The notes beneath the pieces are model-generated. The model was not told the DNA's origin. It searched no databases and saw nothing but the letters and a program-made list of their open reading frames with translations. DNA of 64,000 bases from an uncultured Methanosarcinaceae archaeon (GTDB lineage: Archaea > Halobacteriota > Methanosarcinia > Methanosarcinales > Methanosarcinaceae). The stretch covers positions 224,001 to 288,000 of the forward strand of contig CAVSHT010000011.1 of the NCBI GenBank assembly GCA_963727895.1. The letters run 5' to 3'. Below, one piece after another: positions 1-10,731 of this stretch. Both the position numbers and the translations under genes were made by a program. Positions within the stretch are counted from its first letter, which is position 1; each line of letters opens with the position of its first letter.

Positions 1-359
1 TCTATGGTGATATCAGGCTTAATGTCCAGTACCTTATCGATTGCGTCGTAATATTCCTGGTTTCCTACACCGTATCTTGCAAAGCAGCTAATATTCTTGC
101 GAGTATCAAGAGCAAGAGACACATCATCCTGTGTACTTAGAGGATTGCAGCCGGTAATTGAAACCTCTGCACCGCCTGCAGCAAGAGTCTCTACAAGGAC
201 TGCGGTTTTTGCCTCTACATGCAGGGCCATTCCTACCTTCAACCCTTTGAGGGGTTTATCCTCCTCAAATTTTTTCCTGACGATGGCAAGTACGGGCATA
301 TGGTTTCTTGCCCATTCCATCTTCATGTTTCCGGATTCTATGAGTTCTTTTTCTGTCAT
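1..359 (-). CDS. ahcY: Adenosylhomocysteinase (SAH hydrolase), 5' part; runs off the window edge
   Basis: Manual translation from ATG at 359: [24 protein letters not shown]...[37 protein letters not shown], typical AhcY N-terminal motifs. Confidence 0.95.
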   Translation of the reverse strand, partial: MTEKELIESGNMKMEWARNHMPVLAIVRKKFEEDKPLKGLKVGMALHVEAKTAVLVETLAAGGAEVSITGCNPLSTQDDVSLALDTRKNISCFARYGVGNQEYYDAIDKVLDIKPDITI

Positions 360-492
360 GTTGATCCCGTAATATAAATATAAAATTGAATTAGATCTTT
401 ATTCAAGCTTCAAACATAAGTGTTTGCCTTTAAGTCATTCTGGTTCCACAGAGGAACACTTGATATAAATGATTTTATCATAGGAGAGAGTT

Positions 493-1791
493 TCAGGCAT
501 TTACCCTTGAGACAAGCTCTTCTGCAGCTTTTTGAGCTTCTTCCATTACTTTCTGCTCGTCCATAGCCAGCACTCTATAGTCGTCCATAAGGACTTTACC
601 ATTTACAATTGTTGTCCTGACATCGCTTCCTTTTGCAGAGTATACAAGGTGGGAAGGAACATCAAAGCAGGGGGTAAGGTGCGGTTTTTTCATATCTACC
701 AGTATAAGGTCCGCTTTCATTCCAACCTTCAACATGCCGGCATCTGTGCCAAGGGCTTTTGCACCATTTACCGTACCCATTTGAAGTACCTGTCGTGCGG
801 GAAGGACAGTGGGGCTGAAAGTATTGACCTTATGTAGAAGGGCAGCTGTTTTCATTTCTTCAAAAATGTCAAGATTATTGTTTGAGGCACAACCATCTGT
901 GCCAAGGCTCACATTCACGCCTTTTTCAAGCATCTTGTGTACAGGCGCAATTCCTGAAGCAAGCTTCATGTTACTTATGACATTATGAGAAACATTCACT
1001 CCTCTTTTCGCAAGAATTTCTATATCGCCGTCCGAAAGCCAGACGCAGTGAGCAGCAAGCACATCAGGTCCAAAAAATCCTATATCTTCAAGAAGGTGTA
1101 CCGAACATTTTCCGTACCGTTCTTTCATAGCCAGAAGTTCGGCTTCTGTTTCAAGGAGATGAATATGGATTCCGGCTCCATCCTTGTTGGCTTCTTCTCT
1201 CACCTTTGCAAGAAATTCATCAGAACAGGTATTTGGAGCATGGGGACCGTACATTGTTTTAATTCTTCCGTCAGCTGCTCCCTGCCAGGCATGAACAAAA
1301 CGCTTTCCTTCCTGAAGGTCGTTTGCTCCTTTTTCTTCGTTCCAGAGCTCTATAAGCCCGTGACAAAGTGAAGCCCGAAGCCCTGATGCCTCAACAGCTT
1401 TTGCAGTTTCGTCCATATAGAAATACATATCTGCAAAAGAGGTAGTACCTGACTTGATCATCTCAAGACAGGCAAGCAAGCTCCCTTTATAGACGTCTTC
1501 TGCAGTCAGTTTTGCCTCAGCAGGCCAGATATGCCCTTCAAGCCAATCTGCAAGCTGCAAATCGTCGGCATAACCCCGAAAAAGCGTCATTGCAGCATGA
1601 TTATGCGTATTTACAAGACCGGGCATTACTACCGACTTATTTGCATCGATCACAGTCTCGGCACTTTCTTCAGTCTTTTTCCCGATCTCCGTAATCTTTC
1701 CGTCTTCAATGACAACGGTACCATTTTTAAGGTCTCCCACTTCAGGGTCCATCGTCAGAACATAAGCATTTTTTATAATTATATCAGCCAT
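493..1791 (-). CDS. dadD: 5'-deoxyadenosine / MTA-SAH deaminase (amidohydrolase)
   Basis: PGLVNTHNH metal motif, HIHLLET, AHCVW, LGTDG; adjacent to ahcY. Confidence 0.9.
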   Translation of the reverse strand: MADIIIKNAYVLTMDPEVGDLKNGTVVIEDGKITEIGKKTEESAETVIDANKSVVMPGLVNTHNHAAMTLFRGYADDLQLADWLEGHIWPAEAKLTAEDVYKGSLLACLEMIKSGTTSFADMYFYMDETAKAVEASGLRASLCHGLIELWNEEKGANDLQEGKRFVHAWQGAADGRIKTMYGPHAPNTCSDEFLAKVREEANKDGAGIHIHLLETEAELLAMKERYGKCSVHLLEDIGFFGPDVLAAHCVWLSDGDIEILAKRGVNVSHNVISNMKLASGIAPVHKMLEKGVNVSLGTDGCASNNNLDIFEEMKTAALLHKVNTFSPTVLPARQVLQMGTVNGAKALGTDAGMLKVGMKADLILVDMKKPHLTPCFDVPSHLVYSAKGSDVRTTIVNGKVLMDDYRVLAMDEQKVMEEAQKAAEELVSRVNA

Positions 1792-2055
1792 ATAATCAAA
1801 TCCGTCAGGTAATGAACTGAAGTTAGATTAATTTAGGTTTAAGAGATTCTATATGAGTTTGAAAAATACTTAATTTAATGGGAAATTGAAATTTAGGTAA
1901 CTGGAATAAGAAGTTATCCTAAAAAAAGTTGTCCTGAAAATGATACTAAATTTTAAAGGTTGACAAATTGAGTATATTTATGCGTAGAGCGTTTTTCCAC
2001 AGCTATATATAAAATCATGCGGATATGTTGTATTATAAAAGGAGAACACCATAGA

Positions 2056-2274
2056 ATGAGAGAGTTTACTGTTGTCATCGAAAAGGATGAGGATGGAATT
2101 TACATAGCTTCTGTTCCGGAACTCCCTGGATGCCATACCCAGGCTGAAACTCTTGATGAGTTAAGCAGAAGGGTAAAAGAGGCAATTGAACTCTATTTTG
2201 AAGTTGAAGCCGAGAAAGGAAGAGAAAAGCATCTTGATTTCATTGGAATACAACAAGTTAAAGTTGAGGTCTGA
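2056..2274 (+). CDS. hicB: HicB-family antitoxin (short form)
   Basis: FTVVIEKDEDGIYIASVPELPGCHTQAETLDE HicB signature; ATG 2056 follows GGAG; stop overlaps hicA start (TGATG). Confidence 0.85.
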   Translation: MREFTVVIEKDEDGIYIASVPELPGCHTQAETLDELSRRVKEAIELYFEVEAEKGREKHLDFIGIQQVKVEV

Positions 2275-2516
2275 TGAATAAAATATTACCTATTCCGGCA
2301 AAAAAAGTTGTGAAAGCACTTGAAAATATAGGGTTCGAGCAGATAAGGCAAAAGGACAGTCACTTATTTTTACGACATCCAGATGGAAGAACAACAATAG
2401 TCCCAATGCATCCTACTGAAAAGATAGGAAGAGGAATGATTAACAAAATAATAAAAGACGCAAAAATTACGCGGGAAGAATGGATTGAATTAATAAAAAG
2501 CCTTGTTCTTTTCTGA
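2274..2516 (+). CDS. hicA: HicA-family mRNA interferase toxin
   Basis: KVVKALENIGFEQIRQKDSHLFLRHPDGRTTIVPMH HicA pattern; the usual GSH motif reads DSH. Confidence 0.85.
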   Translation: MNKILPIPAKKVVKALENIGFEQIRQKDSHLFLRHPDGRTTIVPMHPTEKIGRGMINKIIKDAKITREEWIELIKSLVLF

Positions 2517-2900
2517 TGAAGCCTGATGATATTTAAGCAAGTGCTATTGATAAAATAAAACAAAGTTACTGGAAATCAGTTACGGATGAATCGTGTCCTA
2601 CGTTGGTGCTTTCAGTCTAACCTCTGTGTTTCTTAAGCTTTTTTACCTTTGATGTGTGGAGTTATCGAAGGAAACAAGTGTATTCCTACATATTTTGGAA
2701 TGATTGAGAAAACAAACACATAGGCATTTGTAGAAATTCTGTCCCGAAAGGGCAATTTCTTTATAATAAACAAGCGATAACATAGAAATCATGCTTTACG
2801 TGCCACGCTTTTCGCCAAAATTATGTTGATTCTACATACTTGAGGTAATTTGTAATTTTTCCGATATTTGCAATTTTACAGAAAATTAGGTACACTGCCC

Positions 2901-3045
2901 GGGATTCTTAACACCATACGCTACTTTCGAAACGAATCAGGGCATCCGAGTGGAAATAAGATAGAATAGGGATCAATGCTATGCTAATCTTCTTATCTTT
3001 ATTCAATACTGTAAAAAAGCATATCAGTTAATTGATGAGTTCTAA
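2901..3045 (+). pseudogene. C-terminal fragment of a HEPN-like (RNxxxH) protein, frameshifted
   Basis: Manual translation GILNTIRYFRNESGHPSGNKIE/RDQCYANLLIFIQYCKKAYQLIDEF*; 5' part missing. Confidence 0.45.
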
Positions 3046-3101
3046 ACTTTTACTAAACTCCCAATTGACCAATGGTTCTCATACTGCCATATACCCTAAT
3101 T

Positions 3102-3133
3102 AATGCATAGGTTTTATTGTAAACCTGTGCATT
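3102..3133. repeat. REP-like palindrome, copy 1
   Basis: AATGCATAGGTTT-TATTGT-AAACCTGTGCATT; similar copies at 5015-5047 and 63585-63615. Confidence 0.7.
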
Positions 3134-3187
3134 TCAATTATTTTTTGTCTAAATTTCAAGATAAAATTAGGCTAAAAAAACCATAAA

Positions 3188-4610
3188 ATGATAGTGATAA
3201 AAGAAATAAAAGATACCAATGAAGTGAGATTGCAGTTTGTAAATATTGGTTTTAAATATGGATTGGCCACATCAAACCCAAATAATAAAAGTGTTATTTT
3301 TAAACCATATGATAGAATAATTGAAAGAGGAAAAGAAACAGGATACATTTCATATTTATTTTTAAACACTCATACAGAAAGCTCAACTTTCTATGAAAAT
3401 GAAGTTAATAATGTTGATAATATTTTACATTCTGAAGAATTTCTGTCTAAAATCTCTGCAGAATATATAAAAACTCTTGGTTGCATTTGCTATACCAAAG
3501 GTAAGCAAATATTGTTTTATCCAGCATATACTTCAAACTTTTTTAAAGTTTTCACAGATAGAGATAAACCTTTAAAGCACGAAAAAAACATATGGCATTG
3601 GTACTCAAAAATAGATATATATGCTTATAACATATATTTCTTCATGAACTGCCCCAGATGCAATAGTTCCAGTCACAATAAGAATGGTATAGTTGGCGGG
3701 CGTCAACGGTACAAATGCTCTGATTGTGGATATAACTATACAGTAGAGCTAAAATCAACTGCTTTTTCCGCCTCTGTCAAAAAACAGGCTTTACAACTCT
3801 ATCTTGAAGGATTGGGCTTTCGTTCAATAGGAAAATTTTTAGGGGTGAGTCATGTTTCTGTCCAAAGATGGATCAAGAAATTTGGTCAGGAGTTAGAGAA
3901 CCTAAAAAGTGAAAATGAGATATCTATTGTTGAAATGGATGAGATGCACACTTACATCGGTAACAACAAAAATATTGCTGGATCTGGATTGCTGTTGATA
4001 GAGTTGGGAAAAAGTTCATCAACTGCTCTTTTGGCAGCAGAGGAACGGAAACTGGAAAACTACTCTGGGAAAAATTGAAGAAAAAAGAGATTGGAGAAGT
4101 GATGACAGATCACTGGAGGGCATATGCAGAGTTTATTCCAGAAAAGATCCATACTCAATCCAAAGCAGAAACGTATACTGTTGAAGGATATAACAGCATA
4201 TTGAGGCACTTTTTGGCAAGGTTGAGAAGAAAGACAAAGTGTTATACGAAGAGTCTTGAAATGCTAAAGTACTAGGTTATTCTATTGATGAAATAAAGAA
4301 AGAAAGAACTAGATATAGTTAAGTAACAATACCAAAATATTTAATTACTGCACCAATTATTGATAATAGTAGTAATAAAGATTCATTTTATCACTTTGAA
4401 TTTTACGTCCAAGTTGATTCATCTATTTCATCAAAAAAACCAGGTATAATTGCCCTGCCTAATCAAGAAAATCTTCAAATACCAATATCTGGAAAAATAA
4501 TGTATACTGATTATGAAATAGATATTCCTAATTGTAAAGGGAAGTTGATAATAGTTGCAACAAAAGTAGCTGGAATACTTAAAGACGAGACTCTTATTAG
4601 ATTCTCTTAA
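3188..4610 (+). pseudogene. Hypothetical gene interrupted by IS1
   Basis: N-terminal 135 aa run in frame into IS1 InsA (ORF 3188-4078); an open frame KYLITAPIID...ETLIRFS* resumes after the IS end, with stop at 4608-4610. Confidence 0.55.
3594..4333 (+). mobile_element. IS1-family element (insA/insB), degenerate
   Basis: Ends GGCATTGGTACT... and ...AGTAACAATACC; CPRC/CSDC zinc ribbon, VEMDE, TDHW; premature stops. Confidence 0.9.
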
Positions 4611-5014
4611 AAGCAGTCTTAATGGGGTCACTTTACGAATGAAATAAAATAACAGAAGAAGAAAGAAAAGAGGAATTAGAGTGAGCTATCTTGAAAGTAT
4701 TCACTCAACATGTAACGACGAATAAATAGTGGATATAGGGTATCATCCCGATTTTAGCTTAGGTGTACGCTAAGAAACAATTACTAATTTTGGGTACGCA
4801 AAATCGATAAGAAGAACCATGTTAGGGGTACCGATTATACAGGCGCATTAATTGTCCTCATTTTCTTTTAGAAAATCTTCCGATTTTAAGTTATATCAAA
4901 TCTATGAAAGATATGACATTTTTTCACCTACAGCCTAACCTAGAGATTGTCTCTCCCTCGTACACTTGACAGTACCTTTATAAGATAAAATCTGTATATT
5001 TTTGCTATTTATTC

Positions 5015-5047
5015 AATGCACGGGTTTTATTGTAAAACCTGTGAATT
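5015..5047. repeat. REP-like palindrome, copy 2, abutting the IS110 insertion site
   Basis: AATGCACGGGTTTT-ATTGT-AAAACCTGTGAATT. Confidence 0.7.
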
Positions 5048-5139
5048 TCCCTAAAACGCACATGCTTTTCTTCGAATAACAAGCACAACTAATGAAAGTA
5101 CTCTCCGTTCTTTTTTTTGACTATTAAGCCCTCATTACC

Positions 5140-5273
5140 TTGGGCAGTAAGGTTGTCTCGATTTTGGTTTTTCAAAACCGTCCTAAAACTAATCAGTGAA
5201 TTGCCATCGAAGGCTCAAGTGTGACTTTGATCACGGATGCTAAATTGGCCTTTTAGGCAATTCCACTGCCCAA
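5140..5273 (+). ncRNA. Putative IS110 bridge/seek RNA (left-end non-coding region)
   Basis: Closing stem TTGGGCAGT/ACTGCCCAA, nested stems, segments matching target and donor; identical in copy 2 (42047-42180). Confidence 0.65.
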
Positions 5274-5292
5274 ATAAATTTGGCGATCTAAT

Positions 5293-6557
5293 TTGATTTA
5301 AGTCATAAACAAAGCTTGTGGTTTAGACATTCACAAACTCTTTTTCATTGCTACAATTCTCAGTATATCTGGTGAAAAACAACAGCAACGTTTCAACAGA
5401 GATGATGAAGGAATTTTAGCCCTTAAAAATTGGGTAATATCAGAAAAATGTGATGTTGTTGCATGTGAATCAACCAGCGAATTTTAGGTTCCGATTCATG
5501 ATTCATTGGTAAAGCATCTAACTGTGATAGTTGGAAATGCGCGAGATATGAAGGTATTTACCCATACAAAAACAGATAAGATTGACTCAGAAGTCATTGC
5601 ACAACTTGCACTTAATAATATGATTCAGCCATCAAGAGTTTTTCCAAAGGATCATAGATATTTTAGATCATATGTTCTACTTCGGTTAACACTTGTACAA
5701 AAAAGAACAGATTTAAAAAATAAAGCTCACTCAATTCTTGCATCTGAAATTCAATTTTTGCATCTGAAATGCTACACCTGAATAATGTGCTGACAGACGT
5801 TTTTGGCAAGAATGACAGAATGATCTTATTAGGAATCTCTTCAGGTAAGAGTGTTGATCAGATTATTGCAAGCCTCTCTCCAAATGTTCGGAAAAAAGCT
5901 GCTCAGATAAGAGAAATTCTTGATCGAGAAATTTCTCAAAGTGCTGCATTTAGACTTCAGATCTGTCTGAAACTCATAAAAAGTCTTGATGATGAACTCG
6001 AAGCTTTAGAAACAGAAATTTTCAATTATGCTTCTCGAAATCATAAGCGAGAAATGGAGATTTTAATGTCAGTTCCAGGTATAGGGGAACTTGGTGCGGC
6101 AATTTTACTTGCTGAAATAGGCAACTTTAAGGATTTTTCTTCTGGAAATAAGCTTGCTTCTTGGCTTGGTCTAGTTCCTAATGTGTATCAATCTGCAGAT
6201 AAATACTATAACGGCAGAATCACAAAGAGGGGATCAAAAGTAGCAAGGTGGATTCTGACACAGATTGCTCAAGCAGCAGCAAGAAAGAAGAATAGCAGGT
6301 TAAAAGAGTTTTTTAACAGAAAAAAGAAGTTGATTGGACATGCAAAAGCAATTATTGCCTTAGCAAGGAAAATTGCAACGATAATATGGCATCTTATTAC
6401 AAATGATGAGATGGACGAAGATGAAACCGGATATCAAAAGGGAGAAATCCAAAAGAGAAAGATTATTGAAACTGAGATTTTTTCGGTTGATGAACGGATT
6501 AAAATAATTAGTGAAATATTTGCGATTATGGGGAAAAAGGATCAGGAGAGCACGTGA
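5293..6557 (+). pseudogene. IS110 recombinase, inactivated
   Basis: TAA at codon 3 (5299), TAG at 5485, frameshift from a 20-bp duplication at 5731-5770. Confidence 0.9.
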
Positions 6558-6588
6558 GGATAATCTCCTCATGTACTTTCATGCTAAA

Positions 6589-6830
6589 TCGTCCTATTGA
6601 GCGAAAGCCCAATCCTTCAAGATAGAGTTGTAAAGCCTGTCTTTTTACAGAGGCGGAAAAAGCAGTTGATTTTAGCTCTACTGTATAGTTATATCCACAA
6701 TCAGAGCATTTGTACCGTTGACGCCCGCCAACTATACCATTCTTTTTGTGATTAGAACTATTGCATCTGGGGCAGTTCATGCAGAAATATATGTTATAAG
6801 CATATATATCTATTTTTGATTACCAATGCT
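6589..6830 (-). mobile_element. 5' half of an IS1 cut by IS110
   Basis: InsA MNCPRC...LGFRSIGRF ends exactly at the IS110 right end; IS1 left end (A)GCATTGGTAATC at 6830. Confidence 0.9.
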
Positions 6831-6875
6831 AAAATAATTTGTAATTATCATTGCATTTTATAATTTTGCTTTAAC

Positions 6876-8713
6876 TTATCTAAACAGAATATCAGAAACA
6901 AGCTTTTCTGAACTCTTTTCTGAAATAACCATTGCAATATCATTATATTCAAGTTTCAAGTTGCTATGTGCAATGAGTGATTCACTTCCACGTTGTATCA
7001 TAACCATGAGGCTATTTTCTGGAAAATTAATTTCCTTTATAGCTTTTCCCACAACTTTTGGATTGGTAACCTTGACTTCCATAATACTGCCTTTATCTCC
7101 AACTTCACACATCGAAAAAAGACTATTCCTTCCAATCATATTGTCCATGACTTCAGCCGTTGTTATTGTAGGGCTCATTGCTCGAATTCCTAGATCCCAG
7201 AATGCCTGAAGATTTTCCACATTGTTTACCCTGGAAACTAATTGTTCTCCTGTAAATCCAAACTTTGCCTTTGCAATCTGGCAAAAAAGTAGATTCGTAT
7301 CGTCCTTCTTTGTGGTTATAACTACATACTTTGCATTTTTAATTCCTGCTTTTTTCAGAACACCTATATCTGCTGCATTACCCTGGAAAGTCCTGATTCC
7401 TAAATCTCTACATTGTTGACATTCTTCTTCATAAATGTCTATAACTGACACATTTTCTCCTCGTGTATCAAATCTTTCTGCAAGGATTCTACCTACTGTT
7501 CCTCTTCCAATAATCAAAATTTCCATAGGAATAACCTCCAGTATCTGAGCTACTTTTTTTGACATGCTACCTGTCAAGAAAACAGTAATAATGACTGTCA
7601 GGAAAACCAGTCCTACTATAGTTTTGCCTCCTGGAATTCCCATTTCATCCAGTTTGAGTGCAAAATAAGTTGCAATAGAAGTAGGTACGACTCCTCTAGG
7701 TCCTACAAACAATATGAACATTTTTTCCTTGGTACTTATGTTTGAATTCTGCATCGAGATAAAAACAGATACAGGAAGGACAAACAATGCTATAAGCAAA
7801 ACTAAAATAATTCCGTTTAATCCCATTTCCATGATATACCAGAATTTAAGCATTGCCGCAAGCAAGATGAAAATGAGAGCAATCATTAAAGTCGCAAGAT
7901 TGCTATTAAATTCTTCTACCATTTTCTTTTGGGGAAATTCAGAAGACCCCATAATAATCCCAAAGATAGCCAATACAAGAATTCCAGATTCATTTCCCAT
8001 AGTTTCTGACAGTACATAACAGGCAAATATGAAAATAAGAGTAAGCAGTCTGACGGGCTGTTTTCCAATTGATAGTCCTCTGGTAAAAAACCATCTAAGA
8101 ATAAGCCCACTTAAGCTTCCTATAATTAACCCTATCCCAAGCCTCTGTAGAATAAAAATCATTGCACCTGTTCTGGAAAGCTCGGCTGTAATCCATTCAA
8201 ACACCATTGCAGTTAGAATTACACTTGCTGCATCGTTTAAGACACTCTCAAGCTCCAAAATCTTGGAAACTTTATGACTGATCTTGATATGCCTGATTAT
8301 TGGGCCAACAACACTTGGACCGGTTGCCGTAACCAGAGCTTTAAAAAGGGCAGCAATCTGGAGAGGGATATCTATGAGAAGGTTTGTAAGTATGGTTATC
8401 CCGAGAAAAGTGATAAAAACTCCGACTGTACTTAATTTTAAAACACTTTCTTTAACTCCTCTCAGGTGCTTCAAGTAGATCATAAATCCACCGTCAAAGA
8501 CAATCACAGAAACGCAGATTGAAACGATAGCGCTTAACGCATCGGAATAAAGAGCTGGATTTAATAAGTTTAGAACTTCAGGCCCTACTATTATTCCTTC
8601 AATAAACAGAAGATGATAAAAGGAATCTGAAATTAGTGGCTAAGAGCCTGGGCCAGTAGGGACATAACAAGCAAATCAATAACTATTTCCATTAAAAATA
8701 TAGGATCAATCAT
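6876..8713 (-). pseudogene. CPA1 cation:proton antiporter with TrkA-N/TrkA-C domains, 5' end disrupted
   Basis: ESVLND, GPRGVV and C-terminal RCK domains; upstream part MIDPIFLMEIV...ALSH* has a stop and a frameshift before the 543-aa ORF. Confidence 0.85.
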
Positions 8714-8959
8714 GAAATTTCCTGTAATAACATCTGTCTTACTTAATATATTTAGTTTATTCTGGGTTGTCAAATAAATGATAAATTTACGAATAGTATC
8801 TTAAGATCCCATATTTGTGTGGAAAGACACGTCTCAAAATCTTCATAATGTTTATAAATTAATATATTTAATTTATAAAGTTGCTCGGACTTTCATCAGA
8901 CAACTTAAAAATCCAGAATCTTTTTGAGATTCAACATATTTTCTCACTCATTCTTAGTC

Positions 8960-10731
8960 TCATTCTGAATCCCGGATTTTTTCAACGACTTTCTTGTTGT
9001 ATGAGTTTACAATGTCACTTCGGGTGATAAGACCAAGAAGCCTGGTTTTATCTTCTCTATCAACAATGGGTAATCTACCGATTTGCTTTGAAGCAAAACG
9101 TTTGAGGACAGCATCCAGGGTTTCGTCTGGATAAGCAACTTCCAGATTTTTGGTCGCAATATCTCCTATTTTTTTATCGGTTTCTCCTGCCTTTACTTTG
9201 CTTCGAAGATCTGAGAGAGTTACTATACCTGAGAGTTTGCCTTTGGGATCAAGAACCGGAAATCCTACATGTCGGCTTGCCTGCATAAGAACATTAAGGG
9301 CTTCGATACTTTATTCCTCAGAAACCGTTTGAACATGCATAACCATGGCATCTTTTACATACATGGAGCTCATGATATCAGCCTCTCTCCCTTTTCGGAT
9401 TTTAAATCCTTTTCTTCGGAGGCTTTCCGTGAAAATGGATTCAGGATACAGAGCATTTGACATTATATTGCTAAGAACGCAGGCAAACATGAGAGGAAGA
9501 ATCATACTGTAATCTCTTGTAAGCTCAAAAAGGATCAGAATAGCAGTCAAAGGGGCTCTTGCAGTTCCAGCAAAGACTGCACCCATACCAACAAAAGCAT
9601 AAGCTCCAGATTCTGCAACAAATTCAGGGAAAAAAAGTTTGCAATTGTTCCGAAGGCCCCTCCAAGCATTGGGCCTACAAAAAGAGAAGGAACAATTGAT
9701 CCACCTGACCCACCTGATCCAAGGCTCAGGGAAAAGGCGAGAATTTTGAGGAAAAGCAGGATTAGTAAAAGCTTGAAAGTAAACTGATTGCTAATAGCAT
9801 CCGTAATTACACCATATCCCATTCCAAGAACTCGTGGATAATAAAGGCCGATCATGCCTACTATCAATCCTCCCAGAGCAGGTTTAAAGATTGGATGGAC
9901 GGGTATTTCCGAAAACAGATCTTTTGTATAGTAAAGGGCGCGGATAAATAATGTTGAAACTATACCTGCAAGAAGCCCCAAAACAAGGTAAAGCCCTAAC
10001 TCTCTATATGGACTTACAAGTGAGTAAGAAGGAATCTTTAGAGTTTCTACTTTAATGATTGAATTTGATACAACTGTTGCAAAAACTGAAGAAATAACTA
10101 TCGGAATAAAGGTACTTGTTTCAAGTTCTCCATAAATCACTTCAACGACAAAAACCGCACCTGCAAGTGGAGCATTAAATGCTGCAGCTATTCCACCAGC
10201 TGCTCCACAACCAAGAAGAATTTGACGCTGCCGGTCTGAACTCTTTAGAATTCGTCCTAAAATAGCTCCTGTCCAGGCTCCACCTACGATTCCAGGAGCC
10301 TCTTTTCCAAGGGAACCTCCTGAACTAATTGATATTATTGACGTAAAAACTTCAAGAAAAAAATCTGTAAGATTCAGGCGAGCCCCTCGAAGAGCTACTG
10401 TTTCTATAAGACCATCGACTCCATAGCGTTTTTTAATACATAAATACGAAATAACACCAACAATCAGCCCTCCAAGAGCGGGCATGAATATTACATAATA
10501 ATGAGGAAACTCGTGTAAAGAAAATCCGCGTTGCATTCCAAAAAAGGTATTGAAATATTCTAAGGCGCGTTCATATAAGCCTATTACCAGACCTGTGAGA
10601 AGACCAATTATGATTGCAATTGAATTGATCTTTGAGGATTCGGTATCAAGGCTTTGAGTAATATGTAATTTTATATGAGAATATTCACGTAAACCATGTA
10701 ATCTAATTTTGTGTTTTTCGTTAATTTCCAA
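8960..10731 (-). pseudogene. CLC chloride channel/antiporter with CBS pair, two frameshifts
   Basis: GKEAP, AAAFNAPLAG, GGSGG and CBS domains spread over ORFs 9547-10731, 9311-9586 and 8960-9286. Confidence 0.88.

Larger units (their letters stand above)
5051..6588 (+). mobile_element. IS110-family element, copy 1 (1538 bp including both CTAAA(A) cores)
   Basis: DEDD motifs GLDIHK, CEST, KTDKID; Tnp20 motifs SVPGIG, LAEIG, GLVP, YQSA; boundaries from comparison with copy 2. Confidence 0.93.

Noticed and set aside
3188..4078. Novel fusion protein of unknown domain plus InsA
   Set aside because: Chance in-frame read-through from the interrupted gene into the IS1 left end
5485..5487. Pyrrolysine read-through of TAG in transposases (also 4273 and 54215)
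   Set aside because: Sister copies have TGG, TCG or an extra T, and the same genes carry TAA stops or frameshifts, so these look like decay
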